Assembly: GCA_031294825.1 (NCBI GenBank)
Contig: JAUMPM010000067.1
Span: 24,201-88,200 of the forward strand
DNA: 64,000 bases
Reading direction: 5' to 3'
From: Collinsella sp.
Lineage (GTDB): Bacteria; Actinomycetota; Coriobacteriia; Coriobacteriales; Coriobacteriaceae
The notes under the pieces were generated by a model that saw only the letters and a list, made by a program, of their open reading frames with translations, searched no databases and was not told where the DNA came from. Of the stretch, positions 36,678 through 46,131 are shown piece by piece. Numbering within the stretch: the stretch's first letter is position 1; each line of letters starts with the position of its first letter. The position numbers were made by a program, and so were the translations under genes.

Positions 36678-37520
36678 GTGACGGCCTATGGCTCGAGACT
36701 GGAGCGCTTTGCTGCCTGGTGCGAGCGCGAGGATATTGATGCTTTCGCTGCCGACGTGCGCACCATTCGTCGCTATCTTGCTGAGCTTTCGCGTGAGCAG
36801 GTGGCTCCCCGAACGCTTGCGGCGCACCTGTCGGCTATCCGATCTCTCTATCGCTGGATGGCTGCCGAGGGGATTGTCGAGGGCGATGCGGTCTCGGCGA
36901 TCGCGTCGCCCAAGCTGCCGCGTGACCTGCCGGGCGTCCTTACGACCCAGCAGGTCGAGGCGCTGCTCAAGACGCCTGATACCTCAACACCCGCGGGACT
37001 GCGCGATGCGGCGATGCTCGAGTTGCTCTATGCCTCGGGTGCCCGCATCTCAGAGCTTGCGGCGCTCAATGTGGAATCCATCTCATGGTCCGAGCGCACG
37101 CTGCGCCTGTGGGGCAAGGGGAGCAAGGAGCGTATCGTCCCTCTGTATCGTCGTGCGCTCGATGTGACGCGTCTCTATATTGAAGAGGGGAGGCCGGAGT
37201 TGCTCGCTCGGGCAAAGCGCCGCGACCTCGCTACCGGGCCGCATCCGCTGCTTATATCGGCGCGCGGCAATCGCATGAGCGCCGCGATGCTTCGGCGGCG
37301 GTTCCATACGCTGGCGACGCTCGCCGGCATTCCGGCTGACATCGCCCCGCATGCGATGCGCCATACCTTTGCGACCGACTTGCTCGAGGGCGGTGCGGAC
37401 CTGCGCTCGGTTCAAGAGCTGCTAGGTCATGCGAGCCTGTCCACGACGCAGATCTACACGCATCTCACACCCGATCGGCTTAAACGTGCCGTGGCTCAAG
37501 CCCATCCCCGCGGCGAATAG
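36678..37520 (+). CDS. xerC: Tyrosine recombinase XerC/XerD family. The conserved N-terminus is encoded upstream of this first canonical start, so the true start is probably non-canonical at 36600 or 36612.
   Basis: ARISELAALN, HAMRHTFATDLL, LGHASLSTTQIYTHL (R-H-R-Y catalytic set). The in-frame upstream sequence LYDTVDSFIAYIARVEGLSPNT is the family's first helix. Confidence 0.9.
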   Translation: MTAYGSRLERFAAWCEREDIDAFAADVRTIRRYLAELSREQVAPRTLAAHLSAIRSLYRWMAAEGIVEGDAVSAIASPKLPRDLPGVLTTQQVEALLKTPDTSTPAGLRDAAMLELLYASGARISELAALNVESISWSERTLRLWGKGSKERIVPLYRRALDVTRLYIEEGRPELLARAKRRDLATGPHPLLISARGNRMSAAMLRRRFHTLATLAGIPADIAPHAMRHTFATDLLEGGADLRSVQELLGHASLSTTQIYTHLTPDRLKRAVAQAHPRGE

Positions 37521-37569
37521 TGGCTGGGACGTCCCGCGCCGCACTCAGGTGTGTGGTTTTGATTGCGGG

Positions 37570-37598
37570 TTGGCAGGAAGAGGCATTCCTGCTATCAT
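37570..37598 (+). promoter_or_regulatory. Candidate promoter of rpsB-tsf
   Basis: TTGGCA, 17-nt spacer, TATCAT. It would give a ~140-nt leader. Confidence 0.35.
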
Positions 37599-37739
37599 TC
37601 ATCGGGTTGCTTCACGGCAACATGTTTTTATCACGCACGCGCGGCTACTTCATACCGTGGTGCCCGGGCTTTGGTAGCACATGTCCGGGTTGGTTTTGGA
37701 GGATGACCCCGCGCGGAGGCAAACCACAGGAGGTTTAAC

Positions 37740-38468
37740 ATGGCTACCAAGATTAATATCCGCACCCTGCTCGAGGCCGGCTGCCACTTCGGTCACCAGA
37801 CCCGTCGCTGGAACCCCAAGATGAAGCCGTTCATCTTCGGTGAGCGCAACGGCATCTACATCCTCGACCTCAAGCAGACCATCCTCGACGCCGACCAGGC
37901 CTACACCTTCGTCAAGAACGTCGCCAAGGGTGGCAACGTGCTATTCGTCGGCACCAAGAAGCAGGCTCAGGAGGCCGTCAAGAACGCTGCTGAGCGCGCC
38001 AACATGCCTTACATCAACCAGCGTTGGCTCGGCGGTATGCTGACCAACTTCGTCACCATCCGCTCCCGCATCAACCGCATGGAGGAGCTCGAGGCCATGG
38101 TCGAGGACGGCCGCATGGCTGTTCTGCCCAAGAAGGAGCAGGCTGTTCTCGGCAAGGAGCTCACCAAGCTCCAGACCAACCTCGGTGGCGCCCGCGACAT
38201 GAAGGGTCTGCCCCAGGCTCTCTTCGTCATCGACACCAAGCGCGAGGAGAACGCCATCAAGGAGGCTCAGCGCCTGAACATCCCCGTCGTCGCCCTGATC
38301 GACACCAACTCCGATCCCGACGAGGTCGAGTACGGCATCCCCTGCAACGATGACGCTATCTCCGCTGTCACCCTTATGTGCGAGCTCATGGCTGACGCCT
38401 GCCTCGCTGGCTCTGGTAAGGAGCAGGTCTCCGAGGCCGAGATGGCCGCTGAGCCCAAGGCCGAGTAA
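37740..38468 (+). CDS. rpsB: 30S ribosomal protein S2
   Basis: [19 protein letters not shown] canonical S2 N-terminus. Confidence 0.97.
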   Translation: MATKINIRTLLEAGCHFGHQTRRWNPKMKPFIFGERNGIYILDLKQTILDADQAYTFVKNVAKGGNVLFVGTKKQAQEAVKNAAERANMPYINQRWLGGMLTNFVTIRSRINRMEELEAMVEDGRMAVLPKKEQAVLGKELTKLQTNLGGARDMKGLPQALFVIDTKREENAIKEAQRLNIPVVALIDTNSDPDEVEYGIPCNDDAISAVTLMCELMADACLAGSGKEQVSEAEMAAEPKAE

Positions 38469-38513
38469 ATCAGTCTTAGTTAATTCTTTTTCATCTCTTT
38501 GAAAGGAACCACA

Positions 38514-39383
38514 ATGGCCCAGATTACCGCCGCTATGGTCAAGCAGCTCCGCGAGATGACCGACTCCCCGATGATGGAGTGCAAGAAGGCTCTCGTCGAG
38601 GCTGACGGCGACATGGACGCCGCTGTCGACGTTCTGCGTAAGAACGGCCTTGCCAAGGCTGCCAAGAAGGCTGGCCGTGAGACCAACGAGGGCGCTGTCG
38701 CCGCGTTCGTCTCCGAGGATGGCAAGACCGGCGCTCTGCTCGAGCTCTCCTGCGAGACCGACTTCGTTGGCTCTAACGCCAAGTTCACCGGCTTTGCTTC
38801 CAAGGTTGCTGAGGTTGTCGCTACCACCGAGCCTGCTGACGTCGACGCTCTGCTCGAGAAGCCGATGGGCGAGGAGACCGTTTCCTCCGAGCTCACCGAG
38901 ATGATTCACATCATGGGCGAGAACATGAAGATCTCCCGCTTCGCTGCCCGCAAGGCTGAGAACGGCGCGCTCGCTTCTTACATCCACATGGGTGGTAAGA
39001 TCGGCGTCCTCGTCGAGTTCGCCTTCGAGAAGGCTGAGACCGCTCAGGCTGAATCCTTCAAGACCTTCGCTCACGACGTTGCCCTTCAGGTTGCCGCTGT
39101 CGCCCCGATCTGCGCTACCCGCGATCAGGTTCCGGCCGAGACCGTCGAGCACGAGAAGCAGATCTACATGGCTCAGGCTGCCGAGTCCGGCAAGCCCGAG
39201 GCCATTCAGGAGAAGATGGCTGTCGGCCGTCTGGAGAAGTTCTACAAGCAGTCCGTGCTCACCGAGCAGGAGTTCATCAAGGACAGCTCCCTCACCATCA
39301 AGAAGTACGCAGAGCAGGTCTCCAAGGAGCTCGGCGACACCATTACCGTCGTTGCCTTTGACCGTCTGGTCCGTGGCGAGTAA
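38514..39383 (+). CDS. tsf: Elongation factor Ts
   Basis: MAQITAAMVKQLREMTDSPMMECKKAL canonical UBA-like N-terminus. Confidence 0.96.
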   Translation: MAQITAAMVKQLREMTDSPMMECKKALVEADGDMDAAVDVLRKNGLAKAAKKAGRETNEGAVAAFVSEDGKTGALLELSCETDFVGSNAKFTGFASKVAEVVATTEPADVDALLEKPMGEETVSSELTEMIHIMGENMKISRFAARKAENGALASYIHMGGKIGVLVEFAFEKAETAQAESFKTFAHDVALQVAAVAPICATRDQVPAETVEHEKQIYMAQAAESGKPEAIQEKMAVGRLEKFYKQSVLTEQEFIKDSSLTIKKYAEQVSKELGDTITVVAFDRLVRGE

Positions 39384-39406
39384 ATAAGCTCTTGTAGCTG
39401 GTAATG

Positions 39407-39441
39407 AGCAGGCTGTGGGTTTTACTCACAGCCTGCTTTTT
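39407..39441 (+). terminator. Rho-independent terminator after tsf
   Basis: AGCAGGCTGTG/CACAGCCTGCT 11-bp stem followed by TTTTT. Confidence 0.8.
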
Positions 39442-39462
39442 CATGGCTCTTCTTAGAGCCTT

Positions 39463-39471
39463 TGATAGAAT
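39463..39471 (+). promoter_or_regulatory. Candidate extended -10 promoter element for pyrH
   Basis: TGATAGAAT (TGn + TAGAAT) 31 nt upstream of the pyrH TTG start. Confidence 0.35.
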
Positions 39472-39501
39472 GTTGAGAGTTCAATCTAAAGGAGGATCGC
39501 T

Positions 39502-40224
39502 TTGTCCGACATCCGATATAAACGCGTGCTTCTTAAGCTTTCCGGCGAAGCGCTGATGGGCGACGGCCAATATGGCATCGACCCCAAGGTTACCGACCAT
39601 CTTGCCAAGCAGGTCAAGGAGCTGCTCGCCGTTGGCCATGAGGTCGGCGTCGTTGTCGGCGGCGGCAATATTTTCCGCGGCATGGCCGGCGCTGCCGGTG
39701 GCATGGAGCGTGCTCAGGCCGACTACATGGGCATGCTGGCAACCGTTATGAACGCGCTCGCCCTGCAGGATGCCTTCGAGCATAACGATGTTCCCTGCCG
39801 CGTGATGAGCGCTATCCAGATGAACGAGATCTGCGAGCCCTATATTCGCCGTCGCGCCATCAACCACCTTTCCAAGGGCAACGTCGTTATTTTTGCCGCC
39901 GGTTCGGGCAATCCGTACTTTACGACCGACACCGCCGCGGCTCTTCGTGCGTGCGAGATCGGCGCCGAGATTCTGATTAAAGCCACCAAGGTTGACGGCA
40001 TCTACGACAAGGATCCCGTCAAGTGCGCCGATGCCGTCCGTTTTGACAAGATTACCTATCACGAGGTTCTCGTCCGCGGTCTGCAGGTTATGGATTCCAC
40101 GGCTACGGCACTGTGCCAGGATAACCGTATGCCGATTTTGGTCCTCAACATCGATGGCGAGGACACCGTCAAGCGCGCGCTTTCGGGTGAGCCCGTCGGC
40201 ACGCTCGTCTATCAGGAGGATTAA
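39502..40224 (+). CDS. pyrH: UMP kinase
   Basis: [32 protein letters not shown] motifs; TTG start after AAAGGAGGA. Confidence 0.95.
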   Translation: MSDIRYKRVLLKLSGEALMGDGQYGIDPKVTDHLAKQVKELLAVGHEVGVVVGGGNIFRGMAGAAGGMERAQADYMGMLATVMNALALQDAFEHNDVPCRVMSAIQMNEICEPYIRRRAINHLSKGNVVIFAAGSGNPYFTTDTAAALRACEIGAEILIKATKVDGIYDKDPVKCADAVRFDKITYHEVLVRGLQVMDSTATALCQDNRMPILVLNIDGEDTVKRALSGEPVGTLVYQED

Positions 40225-40226
40225 GC

Positions 40227-40763
40227 ATGGCAGATAACATCACCGCCCATATGGACAAGTCGCTCGAGTCCCTCAAGCATAACTTCTCCAAGGTCCGTAC
40301 CGGCCGCGCCAATGCCAACATTCTGTCCGACATCACCGTCGATTATTACGGTGTTCCCACGCCGGTCACGCAGGTTGCCGCCGTCAAGACCCCCGAGGCC
40401 CACATGCTGCTCATCGAGCCGTGGGACAAGGCACTCATCAATGCTATCGTCAAGGCCATCGGCGCTTCCGATCTGGGTATTACCCCCAACTCCGATGGCA
40501 CCGTCGTTCGTCTTCCGTTCCCGGCTCCCACTGAGGAGCGCCGTCGCGAGCTCGTCAAGGAGTGCCGCGAGTACGCCGAGCAGGCCAAGGTGTCTATCCG
40601 TAACATCCGTCGTGACTTCAACAACAAGCTCGAGCGCGATGAGGAGCTCACCGAGGACGATGTCCGTCGCGAGCAGGCCAAGGTCCAGAAGCACACCGAT
40701 GAGTATGTCGCCAAGGTCGAGGAGCTTCTGAAGGAAAAAGAAGCCGAGGTCATGGAGATCTAA
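40227..40763 (+). CDS. frr: Ribosome recycling factor
   Basis: FSKVRTGRAN..L....V.YYG..TP..Q.A......P.....I.PWD family pattern. Confidence 0.95.
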   Translation: MADNITAHMDKSLESLKHNFSKVRTGRANANILSDITVDYYGVPTPVTQVAAVKTPEAHMLLIEPWDKALINAIVKAIGASDLGITPNSDGTVVRLPFPAPTEERRRELVKECREYAEQAKVSIRNIRRDFNNKLERDEELTEDDVRREQAKVQKHTDEYVAKVEELLKEKEAEVMEI

Positions 40764-40764
40764 G

Positions 40765-41559
40765 GTGCAATACGACGAGCATAAACTGGTCGAGTACTTT
40801 GCCGACGCCCCTGCGGGCGTCGGTTTTTCCGACCTTGACCTCAATAACATTCCGCACCATATCTCGTGCATCATGGACGGCAACGGTCGCTGGGCCACGT
40901 CGCGCGGTCTTGCGCGCACTGAGGGCCACAAGGCGGGTATCGTCTCCCTTCGTGAGATTATTACCGCCTGCGTGCGTCTGGGCGTCGACGTGCTTTCTGC
41001 CTATGCGTTTTCGACCGAAAACTGGAATCGCCCTCAGCACGAAGTCAACGTTCTGATGCACCTGTTTGCCAAGACGTTCATCGACGAGCTGCCGCTTCTG
41101 AAGCGCGAAAACGTGCGCGTTGTCTTTTTGGGTGACATTTCCGCGCTGCCCAAGAAGACCCGCGACGTTTTTGAACGCGGTCTTGCTGAGTGCGCCGATC
41201 ACACCGGCATGACGCTGGCGCTTGCCGTCAACTACGGCGCGCGTGCCGAGATTACCCGCGCTGTCCGTCAGATCGCACTCGACGCTGCCGCCGGTAAGAT
41301 CGATCCTGCCGCAATTGATGACGACATGGTGGCTTCCCACCTCTATACCGCCGGCCTTCCCGATCCTGAGCTTGTGATTCGCACTTCTGGTGAGCTGCGC
41401 CTTTCGAACTATCTGCTGTGGCAGGTGGCTTATTCCGAATTCTACGTCACCGATACCTATTGGCCCGACTTTGATCGTTGGGGCCTTGTCGACGCCATTT
41501 TGGCCTATCAGGGCCGTGACCGTAGGTTTGGTGGTCTGAGCAAGACCGAGGAGGCTTAA
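40765..41559 (+). CDS. uppS: Di-trans,poly-cis-undecaprenyl-diphosphate synthase
   Basis: HISCIMDGNGRWA, AFSTENWNRP, IRTSGELRLSNYLLWQ motifs. Confidence 0.94.
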   Translation: MQYDEHKLVEYFADAPAGVGFSDLDLNNIPHHISCIMDGNGRWATSRGLARTEGHKAGIVSLREIITACVRLGVDVLSAYAFSTENWNRPQHEVNVLMHLFAKTFIDELPLLKRENVRVVFLGDISALPKKTRDVFERGLAECADHTGMTLALAVNYGARAEITRAVRQIALDAAAGKIDPAAIDDDMVASHLYTAGLPDPELVIRTSGELRLSNYLLWQVAYSEFYVTDTYWPDFDRWGLVDAILAYQGRDRRFGGLSKTEEA

Positions 41560-41561
41560 TC

Positions 41562-42461
41562 GTGTCCGATCGTCCCAAGGCAACTGCTCCCAAGACATCT
41601 GAGCGCAAGGCTGTCGCTGCGGGAGCGCCCGCAGCGAAGAATGGCACCGGTTCGTGGCTTGCGGGCTTTATCACCCGTGCCGCCGCCGGTATCGTTTACG
41701 CCGTTGTCTTTATCCTGTGCCTGGTTTTGGGTATCGTGCCCACGGCCATCTTTGTTTCTGTCATGAGCGGTCTGTGCTGCTATGAGTTTTTCCGTATGAC
41801 GAGGCTCGATGGCAAGATGGCTAACGAGCGCATGGGTATCGCTGCCGCCGTACTCTTTCCGCTGTCGGCGTTGGGCGATTCGATGTTGCTGAATGCCCTG
41901 CTTTTTGCCCTGATGCTCGCTGTGGGCATTTGGTATGTCTGGTCGCCGCGTACCCGCATCTCTGATGTGGCCGTGACGCTCATGGGTCCCATCTACACTG
42001 GCTTTATGCTGTCGGCTATCGTGCTGCTGCGCGATGCCGTGCCCGGTTTTGCCGGCGCCTTGCTTTCGGTGGGCGTTTGCGCGTCCCTTTGGGTCTCCGA
42101 TTCGTTTGCCTACATCGTGGGCAGCCGTATCGGCAAGCACAAGATGGTTCCCAAGATCTCTCCTAAAAAGAGCTGGGAGGGATTTGTCGGCGGCATTCTG
42201 GGCTCGGTTTTGATTTGGCTCATCCTGTGGGCGACGCACTTCTACAAACTCAGCCTGCCCTATGCGCTGCTGTGCGGCTTGGTCGTGTCCATCCTGGGCG
42301 TTATCGGCGACCTCATTGAGTCGCGCATCAAGCGTGGCGTGGGCGTCAAGGATTCCGGCAACCTTATCCCGGGCCATGGCGGCATGCTCGACCGTAGCGA
42401 CTCGCTTATCTTTGGCTGCATTACCGCGCAGCTGCTTTTGATGATCGGGGGCGTGCTGTAA
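41562..42461 (+). CDS. cdsA: Phosphatidate cytidylyltransferase
   Basis: Polytopic membrane protein with KKSWEG and GDLIESRIKRGVGVKDSGNLIPGHGGMLDR signature. Confidence 0.92.
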   Translation: MSDRPKATAPKTSERKAVAAGAPAAKNGTGSWLAGFITRAAAGIVYAVVFILCLVLGIVPTAIFVSVMSGLCCYEFFRMTRLDGKMANERMGIAAAVLFPLSALGDSMLLNALLFALMLAVGIWYVWSPRTRISDVAVTLMGPIYTGFMLSAIVLLRDAVPGFAGALLSVGVCASLWVSDSFAYIVGSRIGKHKMVPKISPKKSWEGFVGGILGSVLIWLILWATHFYKLSLPYALLCGLVVSILGVIGDLIESRIKRGVGVKDSGNLIPGHGGMLDRSDSLIFGCITAQLLLMIGGVL

Positions 42462-43648
42462 TGTCATTCCAGACGACGTATGGCTCCGATGGACGCCTTC
42501 GTGTTGCCATCCTGGGTTGTACGGGCTCTATCGGCACGCAGGCACTCGACGTGTGCCGTCAGCATGCCGATCGACTGCAGGTAACGGCGCTGTCCGTCAA
42601 TTCCAGCACCTCGGAGCTCGTTGCCGCCGCCCGCGAGTTCTCGGTTCCGGCCGTTGCCGTGGCCGACTCCGCCCACGGTGCGGACGCCGTGCTGCAGGAG
42701 CTGCCCGAGGGCACGGAGCTCGGTGTTGGTGCGCAGGCGGTTTGTGAGCTCGCACGTCGCGATGATGTCGACTGTGTGCTTGTTGCCATTGTGGGCGCTG
42801 CCGGGCTCGAAGCGAGCCATGCGGCCTTGACCTCGAATAAGCGTCTTGCCCTTGCCAACAAGGAGTCCCTCGTCGTCGGTGGCGACTTGCTTATGCCGTT
42901 GGCGCAACCGGGCCAGCTTATTCCAGTTGACTCTGAGCACTCCGCCATCTACCAGTGCTATCTGGGGGAGAACCCACGCGAGGCTCATTGTATTTGGCTC
43001 ACCTGCTCGGGCGGTCCGTTCTTTGGCCGCACGCGCGACGAGCTCAATCGCGTGACGCGTGCCGATGCCCTCGCACATCCCACGTGGGCCATGGGTGCCA
43101 AGATCACCATCGACTCCGCCACCCTCATGAACAAGGGTCTGGAGCGCATTGAGGCCATGCATCTGTTTAACTGCGACCTCGATTTCATTAACGTGGTCGT
43201 GCAACGTCAGTCCAAGATTCACTCTATGGTCGAGTTTGCCGACGGCTCCGTGATGGCGCATCTCGGTGCTTCCGACATGCGTATTCCCATCCAGTTCGCG
43301 TTCTCGTATCCCGAGCGTTGGGATACCCCGGCGCCTCGTATCGATTTCCGCGAGCTGGGACAGCTCACGTTTGATGCTGCCGACATGGATACCTTCCGCT
43401 GTCTGGCACTGGCCGAGCGTGCCGGCAAGACGGGTGGCACCATGCCGTGCGTGCTCAATGCCGCCAACGAGGTCGCCGTCGATGCCTTCCTGCACGATGG
43501 CTGCAGCTTTACCGATATCGATCGCATTGTGGAATCCTGCATGGATGCCCACGATATGCAGGCGGTCGATTCGTTTGAGCAGCTTCGCGACATCGATGCG
43601 TGGGCGCGTGAAAAAGCTGCGCAGGCGCTCGCCGCAACCCGTTCCTAA
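42461..43648 (+). CDS. dxr: 1-deoxy-D-xylulose-5-phosphate reductoisomerase
   Basis: ILGCTGSIGTQALDV NADPH motif, LANKESLV, PVDSEHSAI, ITIDSATLMNKGLE. TAATG overlap with cdsA. Confidence 0.95.
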   Translation: MSFQTTYGSDGRLRVAILGCTGSIGTQALDVCRQHADRLQVTALSVNSSTSELVAAAREFSVPAVAVADSAHGADAVLQELPEGTELGVGAQAVCELARRDDVDCVLVAIVGAAGLEASHAALTSNKRLALANKESLVVGGDLLMPLAQPGQLIPVDSEHSAIYQCYLGENPREAHCIWLTCSGGPFFGRTRDELNRVTRADALAHPTWAMGAKITIDSATLMNKGLERIEAMHLFNCDLDFINVVVQRQSKIHSMVEFADGSVMAHLGASDMRIPIQFAFSYPERWDTPAPRIDFRELGQLTFDAADMDTFRCLALAERAGKTGGTMPCVLNAANEVAVDAFLHDGCSFTDIDRIVESCMDAHDMQAVDSFEQLRDIDAWAREKAAQALAATRS

Positions 43649-43658
43649 CCCATAAGGA

Positions 43659-45035
43659 TTGCTTTTTCGTTTTATGGATACTGTTCTGAGCGTTCTTTCA
43701 TCGGTCTTTTGGGGCCTGCTGATGCTTTCCGTCCTCGTGTTTTTGCACGAGGGCGGCCACTTTTTGGCGGCGCGTGCCTGCGGCGTCCGTGTGACCGAGT
43801 TCTTTTTGGGCCTGCCGTGCCGCTTTGACATCCATTACACGTCGCGTCGCATTGGAACCAAGTTTGGCGTGACCCCGCTGCTGCTGGGTGGCTACGCTGC
43901 CATCTGCGGTATGGATCCGACCGATGTCTCGTGCGCCGATCGCGTGCTCGCGGCTATCTACCGTCATGGTCGCGTGACCGTGGCCGACCTTGCTGTCGAG
44001 CTCGAGCTTTCCGAGGAGGATGTGCTCGAGGCATGCGCCTTGCTCTTGGGTTGGGGCTCTATCGCGCCTTGGTATGAGGAAGGGGAGAAGCCCTCGCCGA
44101 GCTACTATCCCACCAAGTATCAGACGCTGCCACGAGATGCGGCGGGTTACACCACCTTTGACGGCCGCCGTTTCGATCGAGAGCATGCGACTACCGAGGG
44201 CGATGTGTGGGAGCTGCCGTGCGGCGAGGCCGAGTTCCTTGCACAAGAGCGTTCGCACACCTATCTTGGCCAGGGCTTTCTCAAGCGCGCCTTTATGCTG
44301 CTCGCGGGCATTCTCGTCAATATCCTGACGGGCTTTTTGCTGCTTATGAGCATCTACTCTATTGCGGGTGTCACCGTGCCGATGGATACCAACGTGATCG
44401 GTCAGGTTGACGAGGGGTCTATTGCCGCCAAGGCGGGTATCGAGGGCGGCGACGCGATCCTTTCGGTTGACGGAGTATCGTGCTCTACCTGGATGGACGT
44501 TTACGATGCCATCGGTAAGGCTGCCGGTAAGGACGATATCGCCATCGAGTACGAGCGTGACGGCAAGCAGCATTCGACCGCGGTTGCGCTCAAAGAGGAC
44601 GAGCGCCTAGGTGTGTATGCCTCTACGCAGGTGGTCCGTTTAGACCCCATCACGTCGGCTCGACTTTCGTTCTCCTATGTCGTGCAGACAGCGGAGGGCG
44701 TGATGCGCCTGCTCCAGCCGCAGCATACGATGGAGATTCTCGATCAGTCTTCTTCGATCGTGGGCATTAGCGTTATGTCCTCACAGGCTGCTGCTGCCGG
44801 CCCTGCCACGTTCCTTTCGTTTGCCGCCCTCATTTCGTTCTCGCTTGGCTTTATGAACCTGCTGCCCATCCCACCACTCGATGGCGGCAAGCTGGTCATC
44901 GAGATCATTCAAAAGATTGCTGGCCGCGAGCTTCCGCTCAAGGTCCAGACGATTGTGAGCTATGTGGGCATCGCGCTCTTTGTGCTGCTGTTTGTCTATA
45001 TGCTTCGTTCCGACATCCTTCGATTTATTCTGTAG
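43659..45035 (+). CDS. rseP: RIP zinc metalloprotease RseP (site-2 protease, M50)
   Basis: HEGGHFLAAR HExxH, PDZ region (GSIAAKAGIEGGDAILSVDG), NLLPIPPLDGG. Start is ambiguous between TTG at 43659 and ATG at 43674. Confidence 0.92.
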   Translation: MLFRFMDTVLSVLSSVFWGLLMLSVLVFLHEGGHFLAARACGVRVTEFFLGLPCRFDIHYTSRRIGTKFGVTPLLLGGYAAICGMDPTDVSCADRVLAAIYRHGRVTVADLAVELELSEEDVLEACALLLGWGSIAPWYEEGEKPSPSYYPTKYQTLPRDAAGYTTFDGRRFDREHATTEGDVWELPCGEAEFLAQERSHTYLGQGFLKRAFMLLAGILVNILTGFLLLMSIYSIAGVTVPMDTNVIGQVDEGSIAAKAGIEGGDAILSVDGVSCSTWMDVYDAIGKAAGKDDIAIEYERDGKQHSTAVALKEDERLGVYASTQVVRLDPITSARLSFSYVVQTAEGVMRLLQPQHTMEILDQSSSIVGISVMSSQAAAAGPATFLSFAALISFSLGFMNLLPIPPLDGGKLVIEIIQKIAGRELPLKVQTIVSYVGIALFVLLFVYMLRSDILRFIL

Positions 45036-45048
45036 GGGAGTGTTTGGA

Positions 45049-46131
45049 TTGTCTTTATCCCATCCTTTGCCTCGCGAGTTGACGTGCCCCGTGCATGTGG
45101 GCGGCGTGCAGATCGGTGGCGGCGCTCCGGTCGTGGTTCAGTCCATGACCTGCACCGATACCGCTGATGCCCAGGCAACGCTTGCGCAAGTGTGCGCGTT
45201 GGCGCAGGCTGGCTGCGATATCGTGCGCGTGAGCGTGCCCACCGAGGCCGCGCTTGAGGGTTTTCGCACCATCTGTGCCGAGTCTCCGGTGCCGATCGTT
45301 GCCGATATTCACTTTAACCATAAACTCGCCATCGGCGCCGTCGAGGCTGGTGCCGCCAAGCTTCGCATCAATCCCGGCAATATCGGCGATTGGGCCAAGG
45401 TTGACGCGGTGATTGATGCTGCGGGTGCCGCTGGGTGCGCGATTCGCATTGGCGTGAACGCGGGCTCGCTTGAGCAGGATATCGCCGAGCGCGATGACCT
45501 CACGCAGCCCGAAAAGCTCGTGATGTCTAGCGAGCGCTTTGTGCGGCACTTTGAGGATCGTGGGTTTACCAACATTGTGCTTTCCGCCAAGGCCCATAGC
45601 GTACAGACGACGCTCGATACCTATCGAGCCCTGTCGCGTGAGATTCCACACGTTCCGCTTCATCTGGGCGTTACGGAGGCCGGTACCAAGCTCCAGGGCA
45701 CCATCAAGAGCTCTGTAGGCTTGGGTATCTTGCTTTCCGAAGGCATTGGCGACACCATGCGTGTGTCGCTCACAGCTGATCCGGTTGAGGAGCCGCCGGT
45801 TGTCTGGGGTATTCTGCAGTCGTTGGGCCTGCGTCGCCGTGGCCCCGAGATTGTCTCGTGCCCCACGTGCGCCCGCTGCCAGGTTAACCTTATTCCCATT
45901 GCCGAGGAGGTTACCGAGCGGCTTAAGAACTACTCCGCGTCGCTTTCGATCGCTGTGATGGGATGTGCCGTTAATGGCCCCGGCGAGGCTTCTGATGTCG
46001 ATCTGGGCGTTGCTTGCGGACGTGGTCAGGCCTTGCTCTTTTCGCATGGCCAGATCATTGGTAAAGTAGCTGAGGACCAAATTGTCGACGCGCTTATGGC
46101 AGAGGTCGACAAACTTATTGAGGAGAAATAA
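45049..46131 (+). CDS. ispG: 4-hydroxy-3-methylbut-2-enyl-diphosphate synthase (flavodoxin)
   Basis: VVVQSMTCTDTAD, RINPGNIG, CPTCARC and MGCAVNGPGE cluster-binding motifs. TTG at 45049 lies 8 nt after GGGGAG. Confidence 0.93.
   Translation: MSLSHPLPRELTCPVHVGGVQIGGGAPVVVQSMTCTDTADAQATLAQVCALAQAGCDIVRVSVPTEAALEGFRTICAESPVPIVADIHFNHKLAIGAVEAGAAKLRINPGNIGDWAKVDAVIDAAGAAGCAIRIGVNAGSLEQDIAERDDLTQPEKLVMSSERFVRHFEDRGFTNIVLSAKAHSVQTTLDTYRALSREIPHVPLHLGVTEAGTKLQGTIKSSVGLGILLSEGIGDTMRVSLTADPVEEPPVVWGILQSLGLRRRGPEIVSCPTCARCQVNLIPIAEEVTERLKNYSASLSIAVMGCAVNGPGEASDVDLGVACGRGQALLFSHGQIIGKVAEDQIVDALMAEVDKLIEEK

Noticed and set aside
37526-37535. Perfect 10-bp palindrome GGGACGTCCC just after the xerC stop; considered as a terminator or a dif-like Xer site.
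   Set aside because: It has no loop and no T-tract, is far shorter than and unlike the 28-bp dif consensus, and is probably a chance GC palindrome.
37520-37738. 72-aa ORF that exactly fills the xerC-rpsB intergenic gap, starting at a GTG overlapping the xerC stop and ending 1 nt before the rpsB ATG.
   Set aside because: Its codon usage is unlike neighbouring genes (AGG, CTA, TCA, TTA, ATA, TTG, CTT). It has an odd Trp/Cys-rich composition and no RBS. The region is better explained as the rpsB promoter and leader.
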